The position numbers were made by a program, and so were the translations under genes. A stretch of 64,000 nucleotides of DNA from Eledone cirrhosa. Lineage: Eukaryota. Below the pieces are notes generated by a model. The model was not told where the DNA came from and ran no database searches. It was given only the letters and a program-made list of their open reading frames with translations. The stretch spans positions 152,334,001 through 152,398,000 of the forward strand of contig OZ024741.1 of the NCBI GenBank assembly GCA_964016885.1, in the 5' to 3' direction. Within the stretch, counting starts at the first letter, position 1. Each line of letters opens with the position of its first letter. Below, one piece after another: positions 1-11,105 of the stretch.

Positions 1-2090
1 CTTGAGGCAAGAGTGATTGTCTTGCTCGCATAGGACTGTCTGGCAGGTTTTCTACAGTTGGATGCCCTTCCTAACACCAACCACATTTACAGTGTGGGTC
101 TGGGAGGTTTTTACCGTGTTGCCTACACGGCCACATTACAGCGTGGACTGTGTGTTTTTTTGTCGTGACACCTACACGATCTCATTTGTTTCGGCCTGGA
201 TGGCGCGGCACCAACATAACTTTACATAGAACGGGGTGGTGTGGATGGGGTGGGGGTGGTGGCGGGACGGGGTGTATTTTGTTAGAGATGCCTACTGGCA
301 AGGCGGGTCTTCTCTGTTACTGAGTACCGCCAAAGGTCTCGGTCCAGTGACATTGTCTTGGAGAGGTGTAAGTGTGTGAGGTCGGAGTTTATCAGCTCAT
401 CCCAGGTTTTTCTAGGTCTGCCTATTCCGTGGCTACCGTCTATCTTTATTGCCCTGCACTTGGTTATACAGCTATCGACTTTCATGCGCATCACGTGTCC
501 ATACCAACGCAGCCTTCTCTCGAGTAAACAACATCTGATCCCTCTTATCTCTAATTTTTTCCTTAGTTCGTTTATGCTTTGCCGTTCACGTATATTACTG
601 TTACACATCCAGCGGAGCATGCAAGCTTCGTTCCTCTCTAGTCTGCGTATATCCTCTGCACACAATGCCCAGGTCTCACTACCATGCAACATTGCTGTTC
701 GTATGCAGGCATCGTACAACCTGCCTTTCATTTTTAGGGAGAACCCTTTAGCAGCTAATAGTGGTATAAGCTCTCTGAACTTTTTCCAACCAGTTCTGAC
801 TCTAGCTACAGTACTTTCAGAGCACCCTCCCCCACTGCTGATTTTATCGCCCAGGTAACGGAAGCTGTCCACTATTTCTATAGAACCCTCTGCGCAATTG
901 AAAGAGCTAGTATTTTGTGGGCACTTGCTGCTACTTATTGCACCAGAACACCGGCCACATGTAAAATCTATGTTCTTAGTTAGCTTACCTGTGATCCCAC
1001 TACATCTTTTATGCACCCATACTTTGCATTTAGGACATAAAATGGAGTTTTTACCTACGCCTTTCCTACATACCGAGCACGACCATTTCCCAGAAGGGAC
1101 CGCCGCCTTGTTTTCTTTCCTACAAACTAGAACTTTGGTCTTAGCCAGGTTAATTTTAAGTCCTTTTGACTCTAGGCCGTGCTTCCATGTTTGGAATTTC
1201 TTCTCTAGCTCGGCCATTGATTCCGCTATGAGTGTCAGGTCGTCTGCGTATAGGAGTTCCCATGGGCAGCCTGTCTTGAACTCTTCTGTTATAGCCTGAA
1301 GGGCAATAATAAATAGTAGGGGGCTGAGAACAGAGCCCTGATGGACGCCAACTTTTACGCTAAACTCTTCACTATATTCGTTGTTAATTCTAACCTTGCT
1401 GACTGTTTCTTTATACATGGCTTGTATAGCCCTCACAAGCCATTCGTCAACGCCTAGTTTTCTAAGAGCCCACCAGATAATGGAGCGGGGGACTCTGTCG
1501 AAGGCTTTCTCCAGGTCGACAAAAGCTTAGTAGAGGGGTTTACCTTTAGCTAGGTACTTCTCCTGTAGTTGTCGTACTATGAAAAGAGCGTCTGTGGTGC
1601 TTTTGCCTGACACAAACCCGAACTGCATTTCATCTAGGTCAATTCTCTCTCTGATTAGTTGCGCTATTACTTTTTCCGTGACCTTCATGACCTGGTCGAT
1701 TAATTTAATGCCTCTATAGTTACTCCTATCTAGGGCGTCTCCTTTACCCTTATAACAGTTAACGATGATGCTGCTATGCCAGTCCTTCGGAACAACCCCA
1801 TTCTGTACGACTTGGTTAACTATGCGGGTGACCATGGTGTGTCCCACCGTGCCAGATGCCTTCAGCATCTCAGCAACTATTTCCGAAGGCCCAGCCGCCT
1901 TACCCGTCTTCATATCCTTGATTGCCTTACTTATTATACTCCCCTCGACTAACACTGCTGGTCCCTCTATTGGGTCGATATGGGGGAGACTGTCTTTCTC
2001 CCATTTATTCTCCTCATTTAGTAGCCTTTCATAGTGACACTTCCAAGCTACCTTCTTAGTGTCGGTGATGGCAAGTATGCCATCATCGTT

Positions 2091-2095
<5 letters not shown>
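1..2095 (-). mobile_element. RTE-clade LINE, family RTE-A, 5'-truncated copy 1 (RT with PHD-type insertion plus 3' UTR running off the window start)
   Basis: ORFs 1527..2165 and 282..1436 are in the same frame, separated by one TAA at 1527-1529. RT motifs NYRGIKL, QFGF, GVHQGSVLSPLLF, LLYADD, FRYLG and the RTE C-terminal RLRWYGHV..GRPRKTW are present. The 5' end abuts (TA)n at 2096. Bases 1-290 match the 3' UTR of copy 2. Confidence 0.93.
282..2095 (-). pseudogene. LINE reverse transcriptase (RTE-A), truncated, one premature stop; C4HC3 zinc finger at 948-1079
   Basis: Translated ORFs. CSVC-x10-CPKC-x4-HKRC-x14-CGRC lies between NLAKTK and FRYLG. Confidence 0.9.
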
Positions 2096-2143
<48 letters not shown>

Positions 2144-2297
2144 TGGTTAATGGCTTCTTAACCATCGTCTCAGTTTGTATGACCTTTTTAACTTATGTTT
2201 ATAGCTCTGGTATCTTCATATCCATGGAGCGCTTGTCTACACAATATGGAAGTTGCGTTTCGTTAATTTCTACCCGCCGAAATGCGATTCTTGCTAA

Positions 2298-2333
<36 letters not shown>

Positions 2334-2437
2334 TGACTTTTCCATGCTTTTCACTTCTTATGACATGCAGGGATAGTGTATATATTCTAAGCCAGATATA
2401 GTCTGATGATAATAATAATATATATATATATATATAC

Positions 2438-2592
2438 TGTAACGAAGGAAATGTGGTAAGGAACCAGATGGACCATACCGCACCAAAGTACTCAATACTT
2501 AGAGTAGTAGAGTGGGTAATAGGAACAAGTAGGACCCCGATGGCTGAGACGCTTGCAAGCAGGGAAAAGCAGACGTAAAATGATGATGATGA
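2438..2592. repeat. Short interspersed repeat, related copy at 6510-6588; joined to the RTE-type stem-loop/(GAT)n tail
   Basis: aaggaaatgtggtaaggaaccagatggaccata.cgcaccaaagtactcaatacttag recurs reverse-complemented at about 6525-6583. It shares the gtactcaatac.tagagt motif with the hammerhead-bearing element at 32649 and 50883. Confidence 0.6.
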
Positions 2593-3069
2593 GTGTTTCC
2601 GTAGGAAGGGTAAAGGAAAGGAGAGTGCTCTATGTAAGCTACAGAGCTATTTAGTTTATGCTGGGTTGTGTGGGCATGTATGTGACCACAATCTGACATG
2701 GTTTGATGGTAGGAAAAGGATTGAATTGGGGTGGGGGTCTCTCAATGAGGAAATGTTAGAATTAGTAACTAGTTTGGTTGGAGCTAAAGAAACAAGAAAA
2801 TAGCTGCGTGTATGTTTTCATGTTCAAATGTATGTGTCCATGCATGTATGTGTGTGTGTGTACATGTTTGTGTATGTGGGTTGTGTGTGTGTTAAATACA
2901 GTGGAATGATAAATTGTAGAGTATTTTAAAAATAATATCTGAGGTTTGGAGGAAATGTCTGAGAAATATATATTACAGAAATAATTCTATATATTGATTG
3001 GGTTTTTGTTGATAAATGTAAATGTGGTAGAGGGAGACATAGGGAGTAGAGGGAGAGGAGAAAACATAG

Positions 3070-3185
3070 GAGAGAGAGGGAGTGATGAATGGAAGATAGT
3101 CATATGAGAGAGAGGGAGTGATGAATGGAAGATAGTCATATGAGAGAGAGGGAGTGATGAATGGAAGATAGTCATATGAGAGAGG
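3070..3185. repeat. 36-bp tandem repeat, about 3 copies
   Basis: gagagagagggagtgatgaatggaagatagtcatat repeated. Confidence 0.9.
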
Positions 3186-3384
3186 AGGGAAATAGACATA
3201 CATAAAAAAGGGAGAGAGATAGAAAGAGTAAGAAACAAATGAGAGAGAGAGTATGAGTAAGAAACGAGAGAGAGAAAGTGAGGGAGAGATAAATACATTT
3301 TAAAAAATGAGTGTTTAAAGAAGAATGTTTTAGTTCAGGTTATATAGTAAATATAGAGTTTAGTTTGAGACTAAAGTGTTATCT

Positions 3385-3790
3385 AGTGTGTTGTAGTGGT
3401 GTGGTGTAGTGTAGTGGTGTAGTGTAGTGTAGTGTGTAGTGTGTAGTGTGTAGTGGTGTGGTGGTGTGGTATACTGTAGTGTAGTGTAGTGGTGTAGTGT
3501 AGTGGTGTAGTGTAGTGGTGTAGTGGTGTGGTATACTGTAGTGTAGTGTAGTGGTGTAGTGTAGTGGTGTAGTGTAGTAGTGTGGTGTAGTGTAGTAGTG
3601 TGGTGTAGTGTAGTAGTGTGGTGTAGTGTAGTAGTGTGGTGTAGTGTAGTAGTGTGGTGTAGTGTAGTAGTGTGGTGTAGTGTAGTAGTGTGGTGTAGTG
3701 TAGTAGTGTGGTGTAGTGTAGTAGTGTGGTGTAGTGTAGTAGTGTGGTGTAGTGTAGTCTAGTGTTCTGTGATGTAGTGATGTGTTGCAG
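3385..3790. repeat. (GTAGT/GTG)-based microsatellite with an 18-bp higher-order unit
   Basis: gtagtgtagtagtgtggt repeated; this produces the spurious LHYTT ORFs. Confidence 0.95.
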
Positions 3791-4199
3791 TGGTTTGCTG
3801 TGGTGTAGCATTATGTATTGCTGTGGTGTAGCATGATGTATTGCTGTGCTGTAGGACCACATTAATGATATTTGGTTGTGGTTTCTAACAGGTCTAGTAA
3901 CCATACCAAGAATCATTTATTGGCTGGGTTACTTTTGTTGCTGTTGTGACTTGTCTATGTTTAACCCAATTTAGTACTATGGGTTTTTTTTAACTGTATA
4001 GCAATAAACACTAACTCATTACCAGTTTCAGCCATGTAACCATGCTGGGCACCACATTCAAGTGTCAAACATTTAGTAAACTGTATTGACCCTAGTAATT
4101 ATTTTATCACTCTCTCTTCGTCGAACAGTTAAATTATGGAATATAAAAAATAGCACCAGTGTAGATATAAATGGACATCAGCACATATTCAGACATTAT

Positions 4200-4815
4200 A
4201 TACATATGGTGGCTGCCAACTCGTTTTTGAGTACGGCCACTACTTTATATCCATGTAGGAGAACTCCTACCGATGCGCTGAACGAGTGTGACTTTTTAGT
4301 CCAGCCAGCGACTTGAAAACTCTGGTACAAACACTACACTTGTGACAATTATTGACACATAGTGCTGGGCCCATGGTACCATGTGATGACAAGTGCAGAG
4401 AGATCTCCAGATATAAAGCAATGCCTGTGCTGTGAAGCTTTTATAGTGAGCAAAGGCACTGCACAAAGCCAGTCCCACTCTCTTAACCAAGATGATATTT
4501 ACCAAAAAGAAGAACATGTCAACATCATTGGATACTATCAGAGTTGCAGGTGTTATATCAGAGTTTTCCTTCTCCTAGAATTCTGCCTTGAAAAAGGCTA
4601 AGGGGTCATCCCTCCCGGTGATTTTGGATGGCCATTGACTCTTAAGAGCTCCTTTGCCCTTTGACAGGTTTTGTTTTTAGTCCTGCAGGATGTCCAAAGT
4701 CACCCTCCTCACAAAGAAACCTTGGTGGGGTTGCCAGTTTAGTCGCCAACAACCCGACCATGAGACAGGTTGTACTGGGATACATGTTACCAGTAGCACC
4801 AACTGGTGACCTGAC

Positions 4816-4817
<2 letters not shown>
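4200..4817 (-). mobile_element. RTE-type 5'-UTR/leader fragment (second copy at 15284-15720)
   Basis: 4311-4780 is near-identical to 15284-15720. The minus strand has ggcgactaaactggcaacccc and ctaggagaaggaaaactctgat, motifs I recall from RTE 5' UTRs. Its 5' end is flanked by (TA)n. Confidence 0.65.
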
Positions 4818-4871
<54 letters not shown>

Positions 4872-5692
4872 CATACATACATACAAAGTTCAGTACAGTT
4901 TCCATCGACCAAATTCTCACAAGGCATTGGTCAAACCAAGGCTATATTAGAAATCACTTGGCTGAGATGTCACATGGTTAGACCACACTGGAAATCCTGT
5001 AGTTGTGAAGTGAACTTCTTAAACACACAGCCGTACCTATGGGTTATTTCTATTTGCCAAAAGCAGTAGAAGATCATTATATTTTAGGTTGATATATCGC
5101 CTGTGTAGTGTTTTGGGGCTATTACAAGTCTTGTTATATCTATATCCTCTCATCCCAACCCTGGCCTACAAGGGTTAACTATGTATCAAACTGATAGAAA
5201 CTTACACACAATTCACACACATACTGCTATATCCCCATACATACTCAAACACCCTCCAATATCTACATAAACACCTTCAATCAGCACATCTAACCACTCA
5301 GCCACTAGTCTACCACATACCAGATTCACATTTGAGAGAGGTTTTCATATCTGGGAGTGAGCAGCTGCCACACACAGAGTCAAGAACATATATAATAGAG
5401 AATACATCTGATAGATAACCCTTTACTTATCAGATATTTTCTTACAGAATACTAAAAGTTAACACCACCACCTAGCCTTTGGGTACCTTTTGCAGAGTCC
5501 ATGCTGTTGTCCAGTTTAACACCACCACCTGGCTCTTGAATGCCTTTAACAGAGTCCACTGTTGTTCAGTTCAACATGACCACCTGGCCATATCACAAGT
5601 TGAGGATACCTTCATCCCACCAGACACAGAGATACTAAAAAAAAAGGCCATGGGCACCACCTGTCCCACCCTGATAAAACCTTAAAATGAAA

Positions 5693-6096
5693 ATCATCAT
5701 CATCGTTTAACATCTATCTTCCACACTAGCATGGGTTAGACGGGAATTCCCACTTGAGGCAAGATTGATCGGGTGACTGTGTCTTGCTCGTATAGGACTG
5801 TATCTGGCAGGTTTTCTATGGCTGGATGCCCTTCCTAACAGCAACCACATTTACAGTGGGGACTGGGAGTCTTTTTACCGTGTCTGCTACACAACCACTT
5901 TACAGCGTGGACTGGGTGCTTTTTGACGTGACACCTACACAACCTCTTTAGTGTGGACTGGATGTTCTGTGGTACCAAACATAACTTTACAGAGAAAGGG
6001 TGGTGTTGGTGGGAGTGAGAGGATGGAGTAGAGGTAGTGGGTTGGGGTGTATATTTGGTTAGGAGGTGCCTACTGACTGTAGGTTTAACTTTGTAC
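5693..6096 (-). mobile_element. Solo 3' UTR of RTE-A (5'-truncated retroposition product)
   Basis: Collinear with 1-295 and 23380-23760: about 45-bp subrepeats, ggttg..gttaggaagggcatccagcc, a terminal ccatgctag stem and a (GAT)n tail. Confidence 0.85.
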
Positions 6097-6099
6097 ATT

Positions 6100-6437
6100 A
6101 TCATCATCATTTCATTTTACGTCCGCTTTTCCCTGCTTGCAAGGGTGGGACGGGAACTGATTCTGGCTTGATTTCTACAGCTGGATGCCCTTCCTAACAC
6201 CAACCTCATTTACAGCGAGTGCTGGGTGCTTTTTTGCCGTGGCACCTCCACGACCACTTTGCAGTGGAATGATAGGGACCCCAGTCCCTAACATCTCATT
6301 TCTACAGCTGAGTAAACTGGAGCAATGTGAAATAAAGTGTCTTGCTCAAGGAAACAACACATCACCCGGTCTGACATTTGAACTCACAACCTTTTGATTG
6401 CAAGGCCAATGTTCTAACCACTAAGCCATGTGCCTCC

Positions 6438-6438
<1 letters not shown>
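6100..6438 (-). mobile_element. Full-length composite SINE: tRNA-like head, CORE-like domain and RTE-A 3' UTR tail
   Basis: Minus strand: A box tggcttagtgg, B box gagttcaaat, CORE-like tccttgagcaagacactttatttcacattgctccagtttactcagctgtagaaatgag. Next comes sequence matching the RTE-A 3' UTR at about 38870-39030, ending in gcggacgtaaaatg..gatgatga. Confidence 0.85.
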
Positions 6439-6511
<73 letters not shown>

Positions 6512-6606
6512 AACGAGTAGGACCCTAAGTATTGAGTACTTTGGTGCGTTATGGTCCATCTGGTTCCTTACCACATTTCCTTTGTTATTATATATATATA
6601 TATATA

Positions 6607-9600
6607 CATGTCCTGGGTATAACATTAAACTACATCCAGTGGCAAGGCTCCAGTTCGGGAGTTCAGGAGATGTGGGGAATGTGGAGTTACCCCTTAGTTG
6701 TCATGACTCCCAGGTCTGCCCTGGCCCGGGGTGGTAGTACCTGTTAGGGCTCCATTTATGGGTTAAATAACTACCTTATTCGAGTTGCGCCGGTAAGGTA
6801 TTGTCAGCCATTGAAAAGAAATATGGAGAGTCGATCTAACAGCACTAGGGTTAGAGCCCCTAATTACACTGTCAAGGAGCAGCCTGGTCGTTATGACTCT
6901 GCTGGCTTAGAGCCACAGAGAGGGCCAGTGGATGATGGATCAGCTGTCTCTGAGACAAATATAAAGAATGCAGTTTTGTCCTGCAGAAGAGCCATCAAAA
7001 TGGGCACTTTGAATGTGAGGACTATTCGAACGCTGGAGAAGAGAGAGGAGTTGGGACATCTGTTCGAGGAGAGTGGTATACAGATACTTGCGATCCAAGA
7101 ACACAGGATTCTACACGATGAGCCCGTGAGGAGTGTGATGATCGGGAGGAAGAGCCAGCTCATCACTACATCGGCAGTGAAGAACACAACAAATGCTGCA
7201 GTAGGAGGAGTGGGTTTTGTGTTCAGTGCAAAAACCAATCTGTTGGTGAGGGAAATAATGCCTATCTCCCCGCGAGTGTTGAGGGTGACCTTCAATGGAA
7301 ACCCAAGACTGACATTCATCTCAGCCTATAGTCCAACCGAGGGGGACAGTGATGTGAATGCCGAGGAGTTCCATGAGGAGGTGTGTAGAGCTGTCAACAC
7401 CACTCAGGCACACAATATCCTGCTTGTTTTGGGGGATTTCAAAGCACATCTGAGTAAGGAGGGCAGTGAAGATCCTTGCTGGTACTTCCATAACAACACC
7501 AACCGAAATGGAAGACTACTGAGAGACACCCTGCTGGAGGCGAACTTGATGGCGACCAACCTAGGGTTTAGGAAGAATCTGGGGAAGATGTGGACCTACA
7601 TCTCAGATATGCACCTGTCCAAGTCCCAGATTGATTTCATTCTGGTGAGGAAAAAGTGGCGGAATAGTGTTCTGAACACGGAACCATACAGCTATTTCAG
7701 TTCACTGGGTAGTGACCACCGGCTTGTTATGAGTGAGGTCCGCGTGAGCATAAGAAAGAGCAAGGCTCAGCCCCGGAGAACAATCTATGACTGGGGAGCT
7801 TTCAAGGAAGATGATAAGCTACAGGAGAGGTTCACAGTGGAAGTGAGAAACAGGTTTAGTGCTCTGTGTGGAGAGTCAGAGGAGAGAGAGATTGGATGGA
7901 TTGAGGAGAGTGTGACGAGGAGGTACGGGCACTTCACCAATGCAGTGGCGAAAGCAAGTGAAACCCTGGTGCCGAGGAAAAAGAACAAAGGGAGGCACGT
8001 CAGCTCTGCAAACCCAAAAGTGTGTGCAGCCAGAGAACACCTGAAAGCTGCCAGGGACCAATTCTATGCTGATCCTACGGAGGAGAGGATGGAGACTGTG
8101 GAGGTGATGAGGGAAGAGCTCTGTACCGCTTACACTGAGGTCGGAGAGGAGGCACTGATAGAGAAGATCAGAAGTGTGGAGAGAGCGGTTGACAGATCTG
8201 GATGTAAGGAGAGCTGAATGATCATCAACGAGATCACAGGGAGGAAGAAAAGGTGTTCGAGTCAGATCCAGGGAACGGGGCCCGAGGATAGGAAGAGGAA
8301 ATGGCTAGACCATTTTAGGACCCTACTAGGAGAGCCACCCTCCACAGCCCAGAGCACTGGGGAGATCAAGCGGCTGTTTGAGGAACTGGATGTTGAGACA
8401 GAGCCCTTCACCAGAGAGGAGCTTCAGAGAGCCAAGAAGAAGATCAAGGAGGGCAAGGCTCATGGAGAAGATGGAGTGGCATCAGAGGTGATGAAGAGGT
8501 GTGATTTTGATGATATCATCCTGGGGTTCTGTAACGGGGCACTGGAGAAAGGAGTTGCCCCGAATCAGTGGAGGATCAGTAACATCGTCCCAGTGCCAAA
8601 GAAGGGAGATTTCTCTAACACCAACAACTACCGGGGGATCTCACTGACGTCACTTGTGGCAAAGACCCTCAACAGGATGATTCTTAACAGGATCCAGCCT
8701 GAGATGGAGAAGAAGCTCAGGGACAACCAGAACGGCTTCAGAGAGGGTAGATCAACCACCAGTCACATCCTGATGCTGAGGAGGATATTAGAGGGAGCTA
8801 GAGCAAAGTGCCTTCCTGCGGTCATGGTTTTCATTGACTTTAGGAAGGCCTTTGATTCTGTGGACCGTTACTGCCTGATGAAGATCTTACAGGCTTATGG
8901 AATCCCCAAGAGGATAGTGGACCTGATATCACTGCTCTACACCAACACCAAAGCCCAAGTCATTACACCTGATGGGATGACAGAGTTCTTTGAGATACTG
9001 GCTGGAGTGCTCCAGGGAGATACATTGGCTCCCTACCTTTTTATCATCGTAGTGGACTATTGTATGTGCCTTGCACTGGAGAAACACCAGGACACTGGCT
9101 TTACTGTAGCACCGGCTCAGAGCAGGAGAGTTGGGGCAAAAAAGGTATCGGATGCTGAATTTGCCGACGACATAGTTTTGGTGACAAATACAGTGAAGGA
9201 GGCAGAGGATTTGATGCGGGAGGTTGAGACTGTGTCGAGTGTGGGGCTGAGAATGAATGAGACTAAAACAAAATATCTGGTAGAGAATGTTGAGAAGCCA
9301 GAGGGGATCACTAATGTAGGCGGGAAGCTGCTGGAATTTGTTGAGGACTTCCTGTATTTGGGAGCAAGGATTGGGAATACGGAAGATGATGTGGTTGAGA
9401 GGAAGAGAAAGGCCTGGGCGGCGTGCCACAGCTTGAGATCGGTGTGGAAGTCGGACCTTTGTAGAGACCTGAAAGTCCGCCTCTTCATTGCTGTTGTGGA
9501 GTCTGTGCTGCTGTATGGGTCTGAGACTTGGACACTGACCAAGAAACTCACTCAGATGGTGGATGGGTGCTACACGAGAATGCTGAGGATGGCTCTGAAC

Positions 9601-9919
9601 ATTAATCAGTATACACTGAGGATGAAAAACTCAGAGCTGTATGGGAGCATCCCAAAAGTCAGCTCAAAAGTGACACAGAGGAGACTGAGGTTGGCTGGAC
9701 ATGCTCACCGACATCCAGAGTTGACATTGCACTCAGTGCTCCTTTGGGAGCCCCTACATGGACACACTAGAAGAGGAAGACCAAGGTTAACATATGTTGA
9801 TGCCCTAAGGACAGACACTGGTCTGTTGGAGATGCAGGATATAGCAGCGATAATGAGGGACAGAGACCGCTGGAGAGAACTCGTCCATGGATCTCGGGAA
9901 TTTTACCCGCCTTAGATAG

Positions 9920-9920
<1 letters not shown>
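6607..9920 (+). mobile_element. Near full-length RTE-clade LINE, family RTE-B, inserted in (TA)n
   Basis: About 215-nt leader, then a single APE-RT frame 6823-9915 that ends directly at a gata(ta)n tail. (TA)n lies on both sides. Confidence 0.95.
6823..9915 (+). pseudogene. APE endonuclease plus reverse transcriptase ORF (about 1030 codons) with one in-frame TGA at 8215-8217
   Basis: APE motifs GTLNV, IQEH, SAYSP, GDFKAH, IDFIL, SDH. RT motifs NYRGISL, QNGFR, FIDFRKAFD, QGDTLAPYLF, FADD, FLYLG. ORFs 6811..8217 and 8218..9915 are in frame. Confidence 0.93.
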
Positions 9921-9947
<27 letters not shown>

Positions 9948-9952
<5 letters not shown>

Positions 9953-10152
9953 GGTGAAGAAGTGCCAAGAAATCCCACTGGAAGAAAGCTGCAGTTGAAG
10001 ACCAAGGAAGATGTGGACAGAAGTTGTTAGAGATGATCTCAAATTGCTGATGCTCACAGAGATGATGAAGGACTGCAATGAATGAAGGGATGCTGTGCTG
10101 GAAAAGACCTGTCCAACCCATACAAGCTTGGAAAATGGATGTAAAATGATTA
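9948..10152 (+). mobile_element. Decayed 3' end of an RTE LINE (ORF C-terminus directly followed by the terminal stem-loop tail)
   Basis: Encodes RPRKMWTEVVRDDL..., followed by gaaaagacctgtccaacccatacaagcttggaaaatggatgtaaaatgat. Similar pieces at 11750-12140 and 62410-62610. Confidence 0.75.
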
Positions 10153-10424
10153 TAATATATATATATGGAGAGAGAGAAAGAGATAGAGAGAGAGATAAAG
10201 TGATACCAAAATAAATTAACATATTCTTAATTATTTTTTCCTAATTCAGCAAGAAACAAAAGTCCACTAAATACAGCAGTACCCCCCCCCCCCCCTACAA
10301 CCACCACTAGATTTCTGTAACAGCTGCGCACAGCTAAGCACACACACTCATATATACACAACTATGAAATGTTGAGCATCACACCACACATTAAATCCCT
10401 ACAGCCAGATGTATAAATGAGCAA

Positions 10425-11105
10425 TGAGAGAGAGACAGACACAGAGAGAGAAAGTGGAGCAGAGAGGAGAGGGAGCTGGAGAAGAGAGACAGAGGAGGGA
10501 GCTAAAGAGACGGGGGAGGAATAGAGGAGAGATGGGAGAGAGAGAGAGAGATGGAGGAAATGGTGGAGAAGAGAGAGAGATGGAGGAAATGGTGGAGAAG
10601 AGAGAGAGAGATGGAGGAAATGGTGGAGAAGAGAGAGAGAGAGATGGAGGAAATGGTGGAGAAGAGAGAGAGAGAGATGGAGGAAATGGTGGAGAAGAGA
10701 GACACATGGAGGAGGAAGGAGGGGGAGAAGAGAGACGGAGGAGGAAGGAGGGAGAGAGAGAGACGAAGGAGGAGGAAGTAGGGAGAGACGGAGGAGGAGG
10801 AAGTAGGGAGAGAGAGACGGAGGAGGAAAGAGAGACAGCAGGAAAGAGAGACAGCAGGAAGGAGAGAAAGACGGGGGGGGGTAGAGAGAGGGGGAAGGTG
10901 GAGGGAGGGAGAAGGTAGAGAGAGAAAGGAAATGAAAGTTAACCTATAAGCATGTGTGTGTCTCACTACAACACTGCTCCATCATCACCCTAGCACCATA
11001 ATACCCTCTCTAGAGAGAGAGAGAGAGAGAGAATGAGAGAGAGAGAGAAAGAAAGAGAGAAAGAGAGAGAAAGAAAGAGAGAAAGAGAGACAGAGAGAGA
11101 CAGAG
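10425..11105. repeat. GA-rich low-complexity region with an about 30-bp unit (gagatggaggaaatggtggagaa)
   Basis: Direct inspection. Confidence 0.9.

Noticed and set aside
358-1299. Plus-strand ORFs overlapping the RTE-A RT (also 24299..24775 and 39665..40297)
   Set aside because: Antisense shadows of the RT reading frame.
8215-8220. Programmed stop-start (TGA-ATG) separating two ORFs
   Set aside because: RTE elements have a single ORF and a Trp is expected here, so TGG->TGA is simpler. To be confirmed with a family consensus.
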